Part shown: positions 37,031-47,998 of the stretch, piece by piece
Layout of the letters: each line of letters begins with the position of its first letter
Numbering within the stretch: the stretch's first letter is position 1
Assembly (NCBI GenBank): GCA_011051475.1
Contig: DRLE01000036.1
Span: 1-53,490, forward strand
DNA: 53,490 nucleotides
DNA from: Gammaproteobacteria bacterium
GTDB taxonomy: Bacteria > Pseudomonadota > Gammaproteobacteria > SZUA-229
Reading direction: 5' to 3'
The notes under the pieces: model-generated
The model's database searches: none
Seen by the model: the letters and a program-made list of their open reading frames with translations, nothing else
Told to the model about the DNA's origin: nothing
Made by a program: the position numbers and the translations under genes

Positions 37031-38773
37031 TCAACGGGTAGAAAGCTCAAGGTATTCTTTCTGTTCCTCTTCGCTCAGCGGCTCGCCGTTTTCGAGTTTG
37101 TGTTCAAGATATTCCTGCCGGTCTTCAATATACAGCCGGTCGATAATGTCCTGATACACCGCTGGCATATTCTCGCTGTTCTCGGTTTCCGGTGTCTGCA
37201 GCATGGAGAGTGTGTACAGGACACTTTCATGTTCGTTGTCGCGAAAACGTTCAAGCAGGGCGGCGGCGGTAATGTCCGGGTTGCTTTCGATGATCTGTTG
37301 CAGGGTATGCAGCAGTGGCAGGCCTTTTTTAAAGGCGGTTTTAAAACTCTCCGGTACCTTGCAGTGGCTCGCCAGTTGCGGGTTCTGCAGCAGCAGGGCG
37401 ATGGCGATACGGGTCTTGTTAATAAGAATCTGCTGCCCGCGTTTCGGCCTCGGCCTGTGTCTGACCGGCGAGGGTCTTGCCGGCTCGGTGGCGACCTTTT
37501 CCGCCAGCTGCTGCTGGCTGAGCCCCACCAGTTTTGACAGGTCTTCGAGCAACAGATCCTTGAACAGGCTGTTGTGCATTTTCTTTATCAGCGCATTGGC
37601 CTGGCTGGCCAGTTGCGCCTTGCCTTCGCGGGTGCTGATATCGAACCGGCTTTTCAGGCTGTCGAAAAGAAAGTCGGAGAGCGGGGTGGCGTTTTTGACG
37701 CGCGCCTCGAAGGCTTCGCGGCCCTCCTTTCTGACCATGGTGTCCGGGTCCTCCTTTTCCGGCAGGAAAAGAAAGCGGGCGACCATGCCGTCGCGGATTA
37801 CCGACAGGGTGTTTTCCAGGGCGCGCCAGGCGGCCTTGCGGCCGGCATTGTCACCGTCGTAGCAGAACACGATTTCATGGGTGCTGCGAAAGACTTTCTG
37901 GATCTGATCGGTGGTGGTGGCGGTGCCCAGTGAGGCGACGGCGTAGCGGATATCGTTCTGCGCCAGTGCAACCACGTCCATATAGCCCTCGACCACCAGG
38001 ATGCGCTCGATATTGCGCAGCGCCTGCTTGACCTCATACAGGCCATAGAGCTCAGAGCCTTTATGAAAGACGGCATTTTCCGGCGAGTTCAGGTACTTGG
38101 GTTCACCCCTGTCCAGCACTCTGCCGCCAAAACCGATAACGCGGCCGCGGGCATCGGTGATCGGAAAGATAATCCGGTCACGAAAACGGTCGTAGCTTTT
38201 GCCTTTTTCGCTGGTGGTAATCAGGCCGGCTTTTTTCAGGTGGTCCAGGCCCTGCGTGGTTTTGCCCAGGCGGCTGAGCAGAAAGTCCCAGCCGTCGGGC
38301 GCGTAACCGATCTTGAAGTTACGCGCGATTTCGCCACTGAGTCCGCGCTGTTTCAGATAATCGATGGCGCGCGCATCGCTTTTCAGCTGCTGCTGGTAGA
38401 GCTCGCTGGCCTGTTTCAGAATATCGTATAAGGGCTGCTTTTCTTCGGTCTGCTTGTTGATAAAGCCGCCGTCTTCATGCGGCACGTCAAGGTGCTGGTC
38501 GGCGGCCAGGGCTTCGACAGCACCGACAAAATCCAGGTGCTCGTATTCCATAAGGAAGCCGATAACATTGCCCTTGGCGTGACAGCCGAAGCAGTAATAG
38601 AACTGTTTGGCTTCGCTGACGGTAAAGGAGGGTGTTTTCTCGTTGTGAAACGGACAGCAGGCCATGTATTCCTTGCCCTTGCGTTTCAGGGGTACGCGGG
38701 CATTGATGACCTCGACGATATCCGTGCGCGCGATCAGGTCATCGATAAAGTTTCTCGGGATACGGCCGGCCAC
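37031..38773 (-). CDS. dnaG: DNA primase
   Basis: CHC2 zinc finger CCPFHNEKTPSFTV...YYCFGCHAKG, and TOPRIM motifs VVEGYMDVVAL and CYDGDNAGRKAA. Confidence 0.95.
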   Translation of the reverse strand: MAGRIPRNFIDDLIARTDIVEVINARVPLKRKGKEYMACCPFHNEKTPSFTVSEAKQFYYCFGCHAKGNVIGFLMEYEHLDFVGAVEALAADQHLDVPHEDGGFINKQTEEKQPLYDILKQASELYQQQLKSDARAIDYLKQRGLSGEIARNFKIGYAPDGWDFLLSRLGKTTQGLDHLKKAGLITTSEKGKSYDRFRDRIIFPITDARGRVIGFGGRVLDRGEPKYLNSPENAVFHKGSELYGLYEVKQALRNIERILVVEGYMDVVALAQNDIRYAVASLGTATTTDQIQKVFRSTHEIVFCYDGDNAGRKAAWRALENTLSVIRDGMVARFLFLPEKEDPDTMVRKEGREAFEARVKNATPLSDFLFDSLKSRFDISTREGKAQLASQANALIKKMHNSLFKDLLLEDLSKLVGLSQQQLAEKVATEPARPSPVRHRPRPKRGQQILINKTRIAIALLLQNPQLASHCKVPESFKTAFKKGLPLLHTLQQIIESNPDITAAALLERFRDNEHESVLYTLSMLQTPETENSENMPAVYQDIIDRLYIEDRQEYLEHKLENGEPLSEEEQKEYLELSTR

Positions 38774-38782
38774 GGAGCAGGA

Positions 38783-39970
38783 TCAGGGAATCAGGTTGAC
38801 GAAGGAAAGCTGGCGCGGGTTGAAAATCCTTTCGAACTCGACAATGGCATAACGGTCGGTCATGCCGGCAATATAGTCGGAAACGCCACGGGCGACACCT
38901 TTCTCGCCGTGCCTTTCCTTTAGCTGCAGGCAATGCGCCAGTGCTTCCGGTGGCAGGATCTGCAGATCGTTCATAAAGGCGTTGAACAGTGCCTCGATAA
39001 CATCGGCGGCTTTTTTGGTCATGCGGTGCACGCGGTAATGCTGGTACAGGTTTTTGCGCAGAAACTGTTTAAGCTCCAGCTTTTTCTGTGTCATCTCTTC
39101 GCTGAAGGCCATCAGGCGTTGCGGCTGTCTGCGCACATCGCCAATGCTGTTCAGTGAAGCCCTGTCAATATTCTGTTTCGAGGTGTCGATCAGGTCGACC
39201 ACCATGACATTGATCATGCGGCGGATGACCTCGTGGATCATTTTCTTGTCATCCAGACCGGGGTATTTTTTATTGACGATTTCGTACTGTGTGCTGAACA
39301 GCTCGGTTTGACGAATCTCGTCCATGGATATCAGGCCGTAGCGGATGCCGTCATCGATGTCGTGGTTGTTATAGGCGATTTCATCCGAGTAGTCGGTGAG
39401 CTGGGCCTCCAGGCCGGGCTGGGTTTTATCGAGAAAACGCTGACCGACGTCGCCGAGATTTTCGGCGTTGCTGATTGAGCAGTGCTTGAGTATGCCTTCG
39501 CGGGTCTCGAAGGTCAGGTTAAGGCCGTCGAAGTCGGCGTATTTCTGTTCCAGCCGGTCGACCACGCGCAGCGACTGTATATTGTGCTCGAAGCCGCCGA
39601 AATCTTTCATGCAGTTATTCAGCGCGGTCTGCCCGGCATGGCCGAAAGGCGTATGTCCCAGGTCGTGTGCCAGGGCGATGGCTTCGCTCAGGTCTTCGTG
39701 CAGGCACAGCTCGCGGGCGATGCTGCGGGCTATCTGCGCGACTTCCAGCGAGTGGGTGAGTCGGGTACGGAACAGGTCGCCCTCGTGGTTGACGAAAACC
39801 TGGGTCTTGTATTCGAGGCGGCGAAAGGCGGCCGAGTGAATAATGCGGTCACGGTCGCGCTGGTATTCATTGCGGTAGGTGGGGTGGCTTTCCTCGTGCT
39901 GGCGACCCAGCGAGCGGGTGTCGTCGCAGGCATAGCTGACCAGGTGTTCGCTGTAGCTGCTCTGCTTCAT
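38783..39970 (-). CDS. dgt: dGTPase-like deoxynucleoside triphosphate triphosphohydrolase (HD domain)
   Basis: [51 protein letters not shown] and the C-terminal [11 protein letters not shown]. Confidence 0.85.
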   Translation of the reverse strand: MKQSSYSEHLVSYACDDTRSLGRQHEESHPTYRNEYQRDRDRIIHSAAFRRLEYKTQVFVNHEGDLFRTRLTHSLEVAQIARSIARELCLHEDLSEAIALAHDLGHTPFGHAGQTALNNCMKDFGGFEHNIQSLRVVDRLEQKYADFDGLNLTFETREGILKHCSISNAENLGDVGQRFLDKTQPGLEAQLTDYSDEIAYNNHDIDDGIRYGLISMDEIRQTELFSTQYEIVNKKYPGLDDKKMIHEVIRRMINVMVVDLIDTSKQNIDRASLNSIGDVRRQPQRLMAFSEEMTQKKLELKQFLRKNLYQHYRVHRMTKKAADVIEALFNAFMNDLQILPPEALAHCLQLKERHGEKGVARGVSDYIAGMTDRYAIVEFERIFNPRQLSFVNLIP

Positions 39971-41079
39971 GCCTTGTCCGTAGTGGCAGTCTGCTGTGCC
40001 TCGGCCAGGCAGGTGTCCAGGGCCTTTTTCAGGTCAGCTATGCTGTAGTCACTGGTGAGCACGGCCCTGCCAATGCCTTTCATCAGCACCAGGCGCATAA
40101 CACCGTCCAGCACTTTCTTGTCCACGGACATCAGCTCGATAAACTGCTGCGTGCTCATTTCTGCAGGTGGTCGGCTGGGCAGTTTTGCCTGTTCAATCAG
40201 GCTGATGGTTTTCGCGGTTTCCTCTTCGCTCATCCAGCCCATCTGGCTGGACATGACAGCGGCGATACACATACCGGCAGCCACGGCTTCGCCGTGCAGC
40301 CACTGGCCGTAACCCATGCCGTTTTCAATGGCGTGGCCAAAGGTGTGGCCGAGGTTGAGCAGGGCGCGCCGGCCGCTTTCGCGCTCGTCCGCCGCCACCA
40401 CTTCGGCCTTGGTGCGGCAGGAAACCTCGATGGCGTAACTTAAGGCCTGCCTGTCGCGGGCCAGCAGGGCGGGCATGTTCGCTTCCAGCCACTGGAAAAA
40501 ATCCGGCTTGCAGATCAGGGCGTACTTGATGACCTCGGCAATGCCGGCGGAAAGTTCGCGTTCGGGCAGGGTGTCGAGGGTGTCGGTATCGGCGATCACC
40601 GCGCGCGGCTGGTAGAAGGCGCCGATCATGTTCTTGCCCAGGGGGTGATTGACCCCGGTCTTGCCGCCCACCGAGGAATCGACCTGTGAGAGCAGGGTGG
40701 TAGGGATCTGAATCAGGTGTACACCGCGCTGGTAGCTGGCGGCGGCAAAGCCGGCCATATCGCCGACCACGCCGCCACCCAGGGCGATAACCGTGGTATT
40801 GCGATCGAAGTGGTTGCGCAGCAGGCCGTCGTATATCTGGTTCAGTACTTCCAGGTTCTTGTATTTTTCGCCATCGGGCAGGATAACCGACTCGGTTTTC
40901 AGTCCGCCGAGCATGGCCTGTGTCTTTTCCAGGTACAGCGGGGCCACGGTCTCATTACTGACGATCAGCGCGCTGTTGCCGGGAATATGCTGTTTTATCA
41001 GCTCGCTCTGGCCCAGCAGTTTGTCGCCGATATAGATGGGGTAGCTGCGCTCACCGAGCTCAACGGTCAAAGTAATCAT
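39967..41079 (-). CDS. aroB: 3-dehydroquinate synthase
   Basis: [45 protein letters not shown] and [11 protein letters not shown]. Overlaps the dgt start by 4 nt. Confidence 0.95.
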   Translation of the reverse strand: MITLTVELGERSYPIYIGDKLLGQSELIKQHIPGNSALIVSNETVAPLYLEKTQAMLGGLKTESVILPDGEKYKNLEVLNQIYDGLLRNHFDRNTTVIALGGGVVGDMAGFAAASYQRGVHLIQIPTTLLSQVDSSVGGKTGVNHPLGKNMIGAFYQPRAVIADTDTLDTLPERELSAGIAEVIKYALICKPDFFQWLEANMPALLARDRQALSYAIEVSCRTKAEVVAADERESGRRALLNLGHTFGHAIENGMGYGQWLHGEAVAAGMCIAAVMSSQMGWMSEEETAKTISLIEQAKLPSRPPAEMSTQQFIELMSVDKKVLDGVMRLVLMKGIGRAVLTSDYSIADLKKALDTCLAEAQQTATTDKA

Positions 41080-41105
41080 TTTGCTTTATATCAGGAAGAA
41101 ATGTG

Positions 41106-41615
41106 TTAAAGACGCTTAATAATAGCCTGTATTACGTCATGAATCGAGTTGTTTACATTCTCGATAATATGGTCGGCGGTTTCTTCGTACAGGGGGCCGC
41201 GCTGATCGAGCAGGCGCTGCAGGATGGTTTCGGCAGGTTCGTCCGCGTGCAGCAGGGGGCGGTTTTTGTCGCGGCTGGTGCGCTCGACCAGGGTACCAAG
41301 ATCGCTTTTCAGATAGAAAACCGTGCCGCGGTTTTTCAGATGCGCCCGGTTTTCCGGGTCGAGTATGGCGCCGCCACCGGTGGCGAGAATAATGTTCTGC
41401 CGGCCGGTCAGTTCGTCGATAATGGCTTTTTCACGCCTGCGGAAACCTTCTTCGCCTTCTTTCTCGAAGATAAGCGGTATATCCGCACCGGTGCGCTCCT
41501 CGATGACCCGGTCACTGTCGTAAAAATCCATTTTCAGCCTGCGCGCAAGCTGGCGCCCGACCGTGGTTTTGCCGGTGCCCATAAGGCCGATGAGGAAAAT
41601 ATTGTCTTTGCGCAT
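41106..41615 (-). CDS. aroK: Shikimate kinase
   Basis: Walker A LIGLMGTGKTTVGRQLA, DSD and LATGGGA motifs. Confidence 0.92.
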   Translation of the reverse strand: MRKDNIFLIGLMGTGKTTVGRQLARRLKMDFYDSDRVIEERTGADIPLIFEKEGEEGFRRREKAIIDELTGRQNIILATGGGAILDPENRAHLKNRGTVFYLKSDLGTLVERTSRDKNRPLLHADEPAETILQRLLDQRGPLYEETADHIIENVNNSIHDVIQAIIKRL

Positions 41616-41727
41616 GGAAGCTTTTCAGCGATGCTCCGTTTGAATCCGAGTGCGGCTATGTTAACAGATGGCGCCATGATAATCAGGCAGACGACGCATG
41701 GAGCAGGTGATTTATATAAAGGTGCAT

Positions 41728-41762
41728 AAAAAAACCGGGGCAGCTCAGGTGCCCCGGTTTTT
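41728..41762 (-). terminator. Strong intrinsic terminator after the lipoprotein gene, marking the end of the pilMNOPQ-lipoprotein transcript
   Basis: accggggca-gctcagg-tgccccggt: a 9-bp GC-rich stem, followed on the minus strand by TTTTTTT. Confidence 0.8.
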
Positions 41763-41785
41763 ATACCCGATTTGAGTGGTCGGGT

Positions 41786-42730
41786 TTAGCTGCAATTTAC
41801 AGCTATATTGGTAATGTCTGAATATATGACTCCCTGGCCATCCGTGACAGTGCATGTCAGGCCGGCCGGGTTAGTTTTGACCGTAACATTGTATGAGCTT
41901 CCAAGGGATAAGTCGGGGGGGAATGTGAAGGCACCATCAGTAGAAATGACAAGATCGAACACGCCCGGGCTTTGCAGTACCAGTGTTCCTGTCGTCAGGC
42001 CGCTAACCGATCCGCCAAGTGATGCCTTGTTGGTGGTGAGCAGGATGGTGTTTGCTGCCCAGACTGTAATATTGGACAGAACAGGGCTGCAGTCTGTGCT
42101 ATGTGAACAGTCAGGGCCATTATAATAACCATCGGCATCATCATGCTTTTGATTGGCGCCGGTAAGATCAAGGCCGTTTATGGTATCAATAATGACATCG
42201 CCGCTGGAGTAATCCCCGCTTCTGTCAAGATCGATGTATGGCTCTTCAAGGTCCTCATAGGTATCGCCATCATCATAGCGGTTATTGCCGTTGAAATCCT
42301 GGTAAGTTTCCTGCCCGCCGTGAGAATAGGCAACAATCGTGTTTCTCAGGTCGCTGGGCACATCCTCCGATCGCATTGTGCGCCAGGTAACCTCACATGC
42401 TCCGTCCTTGGTTGTGCAACTTGGATCAATCAGGCCCCATTCGGTTCGAAAATATATCGTGCGCTCACCCGTGACCAGCTGGTTCTTGCTGTCACCGATA
42501 CGTACTGATATTTTTGAGGTTTGTTCGTTAAAACCTTTTTCAATATCGAAAAATGAAACTTCGGTGGGTGAAGCCAGGAGAGTAAAGTTTTTCTGTGAGA
42601 CAGGACTGTTATTGCTGGCTGTGCCTGATGTATTAGGTGTTTCAAACGAACTGTTGTCTTCACTGCAACTGCTGATCAGCAGCAGGCTGCTGAAGAGCAG
42701 TGACGTTAATACTATAAAGCGCTTGTTCAT
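41786..42730 (-). CDS. Uncharacterised outer-membrane-type lipoprotein (Ig-like domain, Asp-rich Ca-binding-like loops, C-terminal beta-sandwich domain) encoded inside the pilQ operon
   Basis: Lipobox LLLISSC with +2 Ser. Big-like segment ISVRIGDSKNQLVTGERTIYFRTEWGLIDPSCTTKDGACEVTW. Asp-rich loops DFNGNNRYDDGDTYED and DLDRSGDYSSGD. C-terminal SGLTTGTLVLQ...YNVTVKTNPAGLTCTV. It starts 30 nt after the pilQ stop and is followed by a terminator. Confidence 0.7.
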   Translation of the reverse strand: MNKRFIVLTSLLFSSLLLISSCSEDNSSFETPNTSGTASNNSPVSQKNFTLLASPTEVSFFDIEKGFNEQTSKISVRIGDSKNQLVTGERTIYFRTEWGLIDPSCTTKDGACEVTWRTMRSEDVPSDLRNTIVAYSHGGQETYQDFNGNNRYDDGDTYEDLEEPYIDLDRSGDYSSGDVIIDTINGLDLTGANQKHDDADGYYNGPDCSHSTDCSPVLSNITVWAANTILLTTNKASLGGSVSGLTTGTLVLQSPGVFDLVISTDGAFTFPPDLSLGSSYNVTVKTNPAGLTCTVTDGQGVIYSDITNIAVNCS

Positions 42731-42760
42731 GTCTGTTTCATCCTTACCTGTAAAAGGTAA

Positions 42761-45016
42761 CTATAGGGATAAAGAATCTTTCAGGATTTTAGGGGTAACA
42801 AATATCAGTAGTTCACGTTTTGCATTGTTCTCCAGTGTATGTCTGAAGAGGTAACCCAGCAGCGGAATGTCGCCCAGGAAAGGAACCTTGTCGACTTCTT
42901 CGCGATTGACCTGTTGATAAATACCACCCAGTACAACGGTATCACCATTGTTGACCAGGACCTGGGTATTGACTTCACGGGTATCGATGCTGGGTACACC
43001 GGCAAAGATGTCACCAACGGTATCATTATTAACCGACAGATCCATGATCACGCGGTCATCCGGTGTAATCTGCGGGGTGACGTCGATACTGAGTACTGCC
43101 TTTTTGAACTGTACCTGGGTTGCGCCACTGGATGATGCGGACAGATAGGGAATTTCAACACCCTGTTCAATACGCGCCTGGTGGCGATCCGCGGTAACCA
43201 CGCGAGGACTGGATATGATCTCACCCTGGTTCTCGGCCTGCAGTGCGGAGATTTCCAGGTCGATCAGGTTGCTGCCGGTCAGTACGGCAAAGGCCAGGCT
43301 GCCGGCGGCACCGACCGTGCCGAGGTTGACATTAAGACGGTCGGTCGCGGTTGCGCCGCTTGGCAGGGTGAACGGTTCAGGTGTACCGTTGTTGGCAATA
43401 TTCTGCAGGCCGCTGTCGGCAATGGCGTCGGCGCCGGCAAAGGTGCCCGTGGTCACGCCAAAGCCGTTGGAATTTGTGGCTGCGCGGGTAACACCGAAGC
43501 GTGAGCCCAGCTCCTTGGTGAATTCATCCGAGGCAATAACAATACGGGATGAAATCATGACCTGGCGAATGGGGATGTCCAGTTTTTTCAGGGTCCGGCG
43601 GATCTCGGAAATCACTTCCTCCGTGTCTTTCACGATAATGCTGTTGGTGCGCTCGTCGATAATCAGGCTGCCGCGGGAGCTGAGCATGCCGGTATTGCCA
43701 TTGCTGACGGCTCCGCCTTCACCCTCTTCCAGGTCACCGCCACCAGTACCGCCTTCACCGGTAAAGATGGCGGCCAGTTCGGCAGCCTTGGCGAAGTTAA
43801 TGGTGAAGTATGCGGTGCGGATCGGAGCCAGATCGGTAATGGACTGCTGTGCTTCCAGATCGATTTTCTCCTGGGCGGCAATTTCTTCACTGGGCGCGAT
43901 CATCATCACCGTGCCGGACTGACGCTTGGACAGGCCCTTGGCCTTGAGGATAATATCCAGCGCCTGGTCCCAGGGTACATTTTTCAGGCGCAGGGTCAGG
44001 TTGCCGTCAACCGAATCGCTGACAACGACGTTCAGGCTGGTAAAGTCGGCGATCAACTGCAGCACCGCACGTACCGGGATGTCCTGGAAGTTGAGTGACA
44101 GGCGTTCACCGGTGTAGCCGAACTTTTCTTTATTGACTTCTTCCAGCTCTTCCTTGCTGATGGGCTTCAGCTCGACGGTGAACAGGTCATTGGCCTGGTA
44201 GGCAACATGTTCGAAATTGCTGTTGATTGGCTCGATCTCGATGCGGACATTACCTTCTTCTTCAAAGCTGCTGATGGATTTTACCGGGGTGGCAAAGTCG
44301 AGTACGTCCAGCGTCTGGCGCAGTTTGTCTGGCAGGTCGGCGCCCAGGAATCTGACAACCACCTTGCCGAATTCTTCGCTGATATCCATGGGTATATTCG
44401 GGTCAGTCAGCTTGATGACGACACGGCCTTCACCTTCCTCACCACGTCTGAAGTCAATATTCTCAATGCCGCGTGGTACGTCACTAAAACGTGGTGCGCC
44501 GGCCGGTACGGAAACGGATGAGGGAGCTGTTGCGTCGAAGGCAGCGCCGGTTGCTTCACTGTCGAGTGTAATCAGTACATTGTTTCCCTGTGTGCTTACC
44601 TGGTAGGGTACAACTTCGGAGAGATTCAGGATAACGCGGGTTTTTGTTTTGGTCGAAATGGTTGTTATCGACTGAGCGACACCGATGCCGATGGGCTGGG
44701 AGCGTTTCGGCAGGGTGCTGCCGGTATTGGCAAAGTCAAAGGCAATACGAGCAGGATTGTCTATCGTAAAGCTCATCGGTGTTACGGCCTGCTGGCTTAA
44801 ATGAAGGCTTATCTGCAGGCGGCTTCCCGGCAGTGTAGAGTACTCGATGCCCTGAATGACATTGGAGGCGCCCTCGACAGCCGGTGCCTCGGCCCTGGCG
44901 AACGCATAGCTGTTTAACAGGCAGAACAGGGATAAAACCTGGATAAAGTATCTGGTCAGACAGGGAATTTTCATGCTTTGCCTTTTTGAATGATTGTTTA
45001 TTGTTGTTTTTAACAT
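42761..45016 (-). CDS. pilQ: Type IV pilus secretin PilQ
   Basis: Signal peptide, two AMIN-like N-terminal repeats (RLQISLHL...IAFDF and RVVIKLTD...), and a secretin C-domain with VPFLGDIPLLGYLFR. GGAGAG lies before ATG 45016; ATG 44974 is the alternative. Confidence 0.92.
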   Translation of the reverse strand: MLKTTINNHSKRQSMKIPCLTRYFIQVLSLFCLLNSYAFARAEAPAVEGASNVIQGIEYSTLPGSRLQISLHLSQQAVTPMSFTIDNPARIAFDFANTGSTLPKRSQPIGIGVAQSITTISTKTKTRVILNLSEVVPYQVSTQGNNVLITLDSEATGAAFDATAPSSVSVPAGAPRFSDVPRGIENIDFRRGEEGEGRVVIKLTDPNIPMDISEEFGKVVVRFLGADLPDKLRQTLDVLDFATPVKSISSFEEEGNVRIEIEPINSNFEHVAYQANDLFTVELKPISKEELEEVNKEKFGYTGERLSLNFQDIPVRAVLQLIADFTSLNVVVSDSVDGNLTLRLKNVPWDQALDIILKAKGLSKRQSGTVMMIAPSEEIAAQEKIDLEAQQSITDLAPIRTAYFTINFAKAAELAAIFTGEGGTGGGDLEEGEGGAVSNGNTGMLSSRGSLIIDERTNSIIVKDTEEVISEIRRTLKKLDIPIRQVMISSRIVIASDEFTKELGSRFGVTRAATNSNGFGVTTGTFAGADAIADSGLQNIANNGTPEPFTLPSGATATDRLNVNLGTVGAAGSLAFAVLTGSNLIDLEISALQAENQGEIISSPRVVTADRHQARIEQGVEIPYLSASSSGATQVQFKKAVLSIDVTPQITPDDRVIMDLSVNNDTVGDIFAGVPSIDTREVNTQVLVNNGDTVVLGGIYQQVNREEVDKVPFLGDIPLLGYLFRHTLENNAKRELLIFVTPKILKDSLSL

Positions 45017-45039
45017 GTTTCTCTCCACGCGCACGCGAT

Positions 45040-45558
45040 TTACTCTCCGCCTATCGCGATTGATGCCTCTCGTTCTATATATCCACCAATGCCATCAGGA
45101 ACGATCTCGACAAGGTCGATTTCGGATTCGGTGATCCTGACGATTCTGCCCTCATTCTGGCCCATGTAATTACCGACCTGGACGCGGTGCACGATGTTCT
45201 GCGGGTCCTTGATCAGGCCCCATAACTGGTCACCCTGTTCCAGGATGCCAACCATGCTGAGTGTGTCCAGCGGGAAAACTTCCAGTGGCTGCCTGGGGCG
45301 GGTCTGGTCGGGGTTGATGCTGCTGGTGACGGTGTCGCTGTCTTCTTCCAGGTCAACGGTGGCGACGAAGGGGTCGCGCAGGTCGCCGGCAGAATAACTG
45401 AAGCTTTCATAGGGCTTGAATTGCGGCAATGGCTTTACGCTGCCCACATGCGATGATTTGGTCTGTGCAATAAAGGTCTGCAGGTCGGATATATCCTGGC
45501 TGCAGGCACTGACACCGAGCAGGCTGACAGCAATAATGGCAGGCTTGAACTTGATCAT
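45040..45558 (-). CDS. pilP: Pilus assembly lipoprotein PilP
   Basis: Lipobox LLGVSAC. About 170 aa with a C-terminal beta domain (LSMVGILEQGDQLWGLIKDP). Located between pilO and pilQ. Confidence 0.8.
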   Translation of the reverse strand: MIKFKPAIIAVSLLGVSACSQDISDLQTFIAQTKSSHVGSVKPLPQFKPYESFSYSAGDLRDPFVATVDLEEDSDTVTSSINPDQTRPRQPLEVFPLDTLSMVGILEQGDQLWGLIKDPQNIVHRVQVGNYMGQNEGRIVRITESEIDLVEIVPDGIGGYIEREASIAIGGE

Positions 45559-46187
45559 TTTCCGGCCTCCTGCTGTGCTTCTTCCGATGACTCATCAAGA
45601 TACTGATAGGTAATAGCTGTCAGCTCCATGGTGAGTTTTACACCGCCCTTGGGGTCGGCCGGTTTGATGGAAATGTCCCTTACGGTAACAATGCGCGGCA
45701 GTGCAGCGACTCCGCTGATAAATTCGGCAAATTCGTGGAAGCGACCGGTCACCTTGAGCTTGATCGGGTACTCGGAATAGAATTCCCTGGGCTGCAGGCC
45801 TTCCGGCTTGAAATATTCGATTTCCAGGCCGGCTGATATACCGGTCTGGGAAATATCCGTCAGCAGGGTTTCAATTTCGGTTTCATTCGGCAGCTGCCGA
45901 AGCAGTGTGCCGAACGAGGTCCGCATTTCTTCAAGCTGCTGTTTGTAGGCCTCGAGGTTGGCGGCCTTGGCCTGCTTGGCGCTGAATATGGTGCGCAGGG
46001 TCTGCTCTTCAGCCTGCATTTTTTCAAGTTCGGCTTTCTGCTTTGTTGTATCCAGGAAGTAACCGGCAACAGCCAGCGCGATACATAAAACGACAATAAT
46101 CGCAACTTTTACAGGCAGTGGCGCGCTGCCGATCTTCTTCAGATCGTCAATATCCAGGTCTTCTAGTCTGAGTTCGGAGAGATCCAT
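45555..46187 (-). CDS. pilO: Pilus assembly protein PilO
   Basis: Single TM helix, a coiled coil and the C-terminal EFYSEYPIKLKVTGRFHEFAEFISGVAALPRIVTV. 4-nt overlap with pilP. Confidence 0.85.
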   Translation of the reverse strand: MDLSELRLEDLDIDDLKKIGSAPLPVKVAIIVVLCIALAVAGYFLDTTKQKAELEKMQAEEQTLRTIFSAKQAKAANLEAYKQQLEEMRTSFGTLLRQLPNETEIETLLTDISQTGISAGLEIEYFKPEGLQPREFYSEYPIKLKVTGRFHEFAEFISGVAALPRIVTVRDISIKPADPKGGVKLTMELTAITYQYLDESSEEAQQEAGK

Positions 46188-46761
46188 TATTTGTCATCTC
46201 CTTCGTTGTTGTCTTTGTTCTTATCGGGGGAAGACTGTGAAGTTATCAGTGTGAAGTCGCTGCTTCGTAGCGTGCCCTTGCGTGTTTCAATAACCTTGAG
46301 CTTGGGTGTGGACATCCATTCAGATGCGTCAATATTGCGCATATAGGCGGATACGCGGCCGTTTGATTCGGCCACACCCTTTATTATGAGTTCGTTGCCA
46401 TTCTGGGTGATTTCGGTCAGATAAATGCCTTCCGGTACGGTACGTACAAAATCATCAAACAGGTGAACGATCTGTGGCCGCTGTTGCTGTAATGACTGAA
46501 TAACCTCCATACGGGCAAGCAGTTGTGCCTTGGTTTCTTCCAGTCCCTTGATCTGTTCAAGTGCGGCATCCAGGCGGCTGATTTCGTCCTGTAGCAGCTT
46601 GTTACGGTATTTCTGGTGCTGGATCTGGTTGTCCAGAGTCATGTGCACGAGGAAAACCAGTGCGCCGGTCAGCAGCAGTGACAGGATTGTAATAGTGATA
46701 AACTGCCGGGTCTGTTCCTGTCTCTGTTCTTCGCGCCAGGGTAGTAAGTTAATATGCGCCA

Positions 46762-46762
<1 letters not shown>
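46187..46762 (-). CDS. pilN: Pilus assembly protein PilN
   Basis: MAHINLLPWREEQR N-terminal PilM-binding motif followed by a single TM helix. Confidence 0.85.
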
Positions 46763-47856
<1,094 letters not shown>

Positions 47857-47998
47857 TTATAGAATATATTATAATTTTTGCATTAAATATTAGCGGTAAG
47901 TACAGAAAATTACTAGGCAAGACTGAACTATGTCGAAACTTTTCCCCTAAACCTATATACTTTGCCGACTTACACTTCAGATCGCAGGTAAAGGAACA

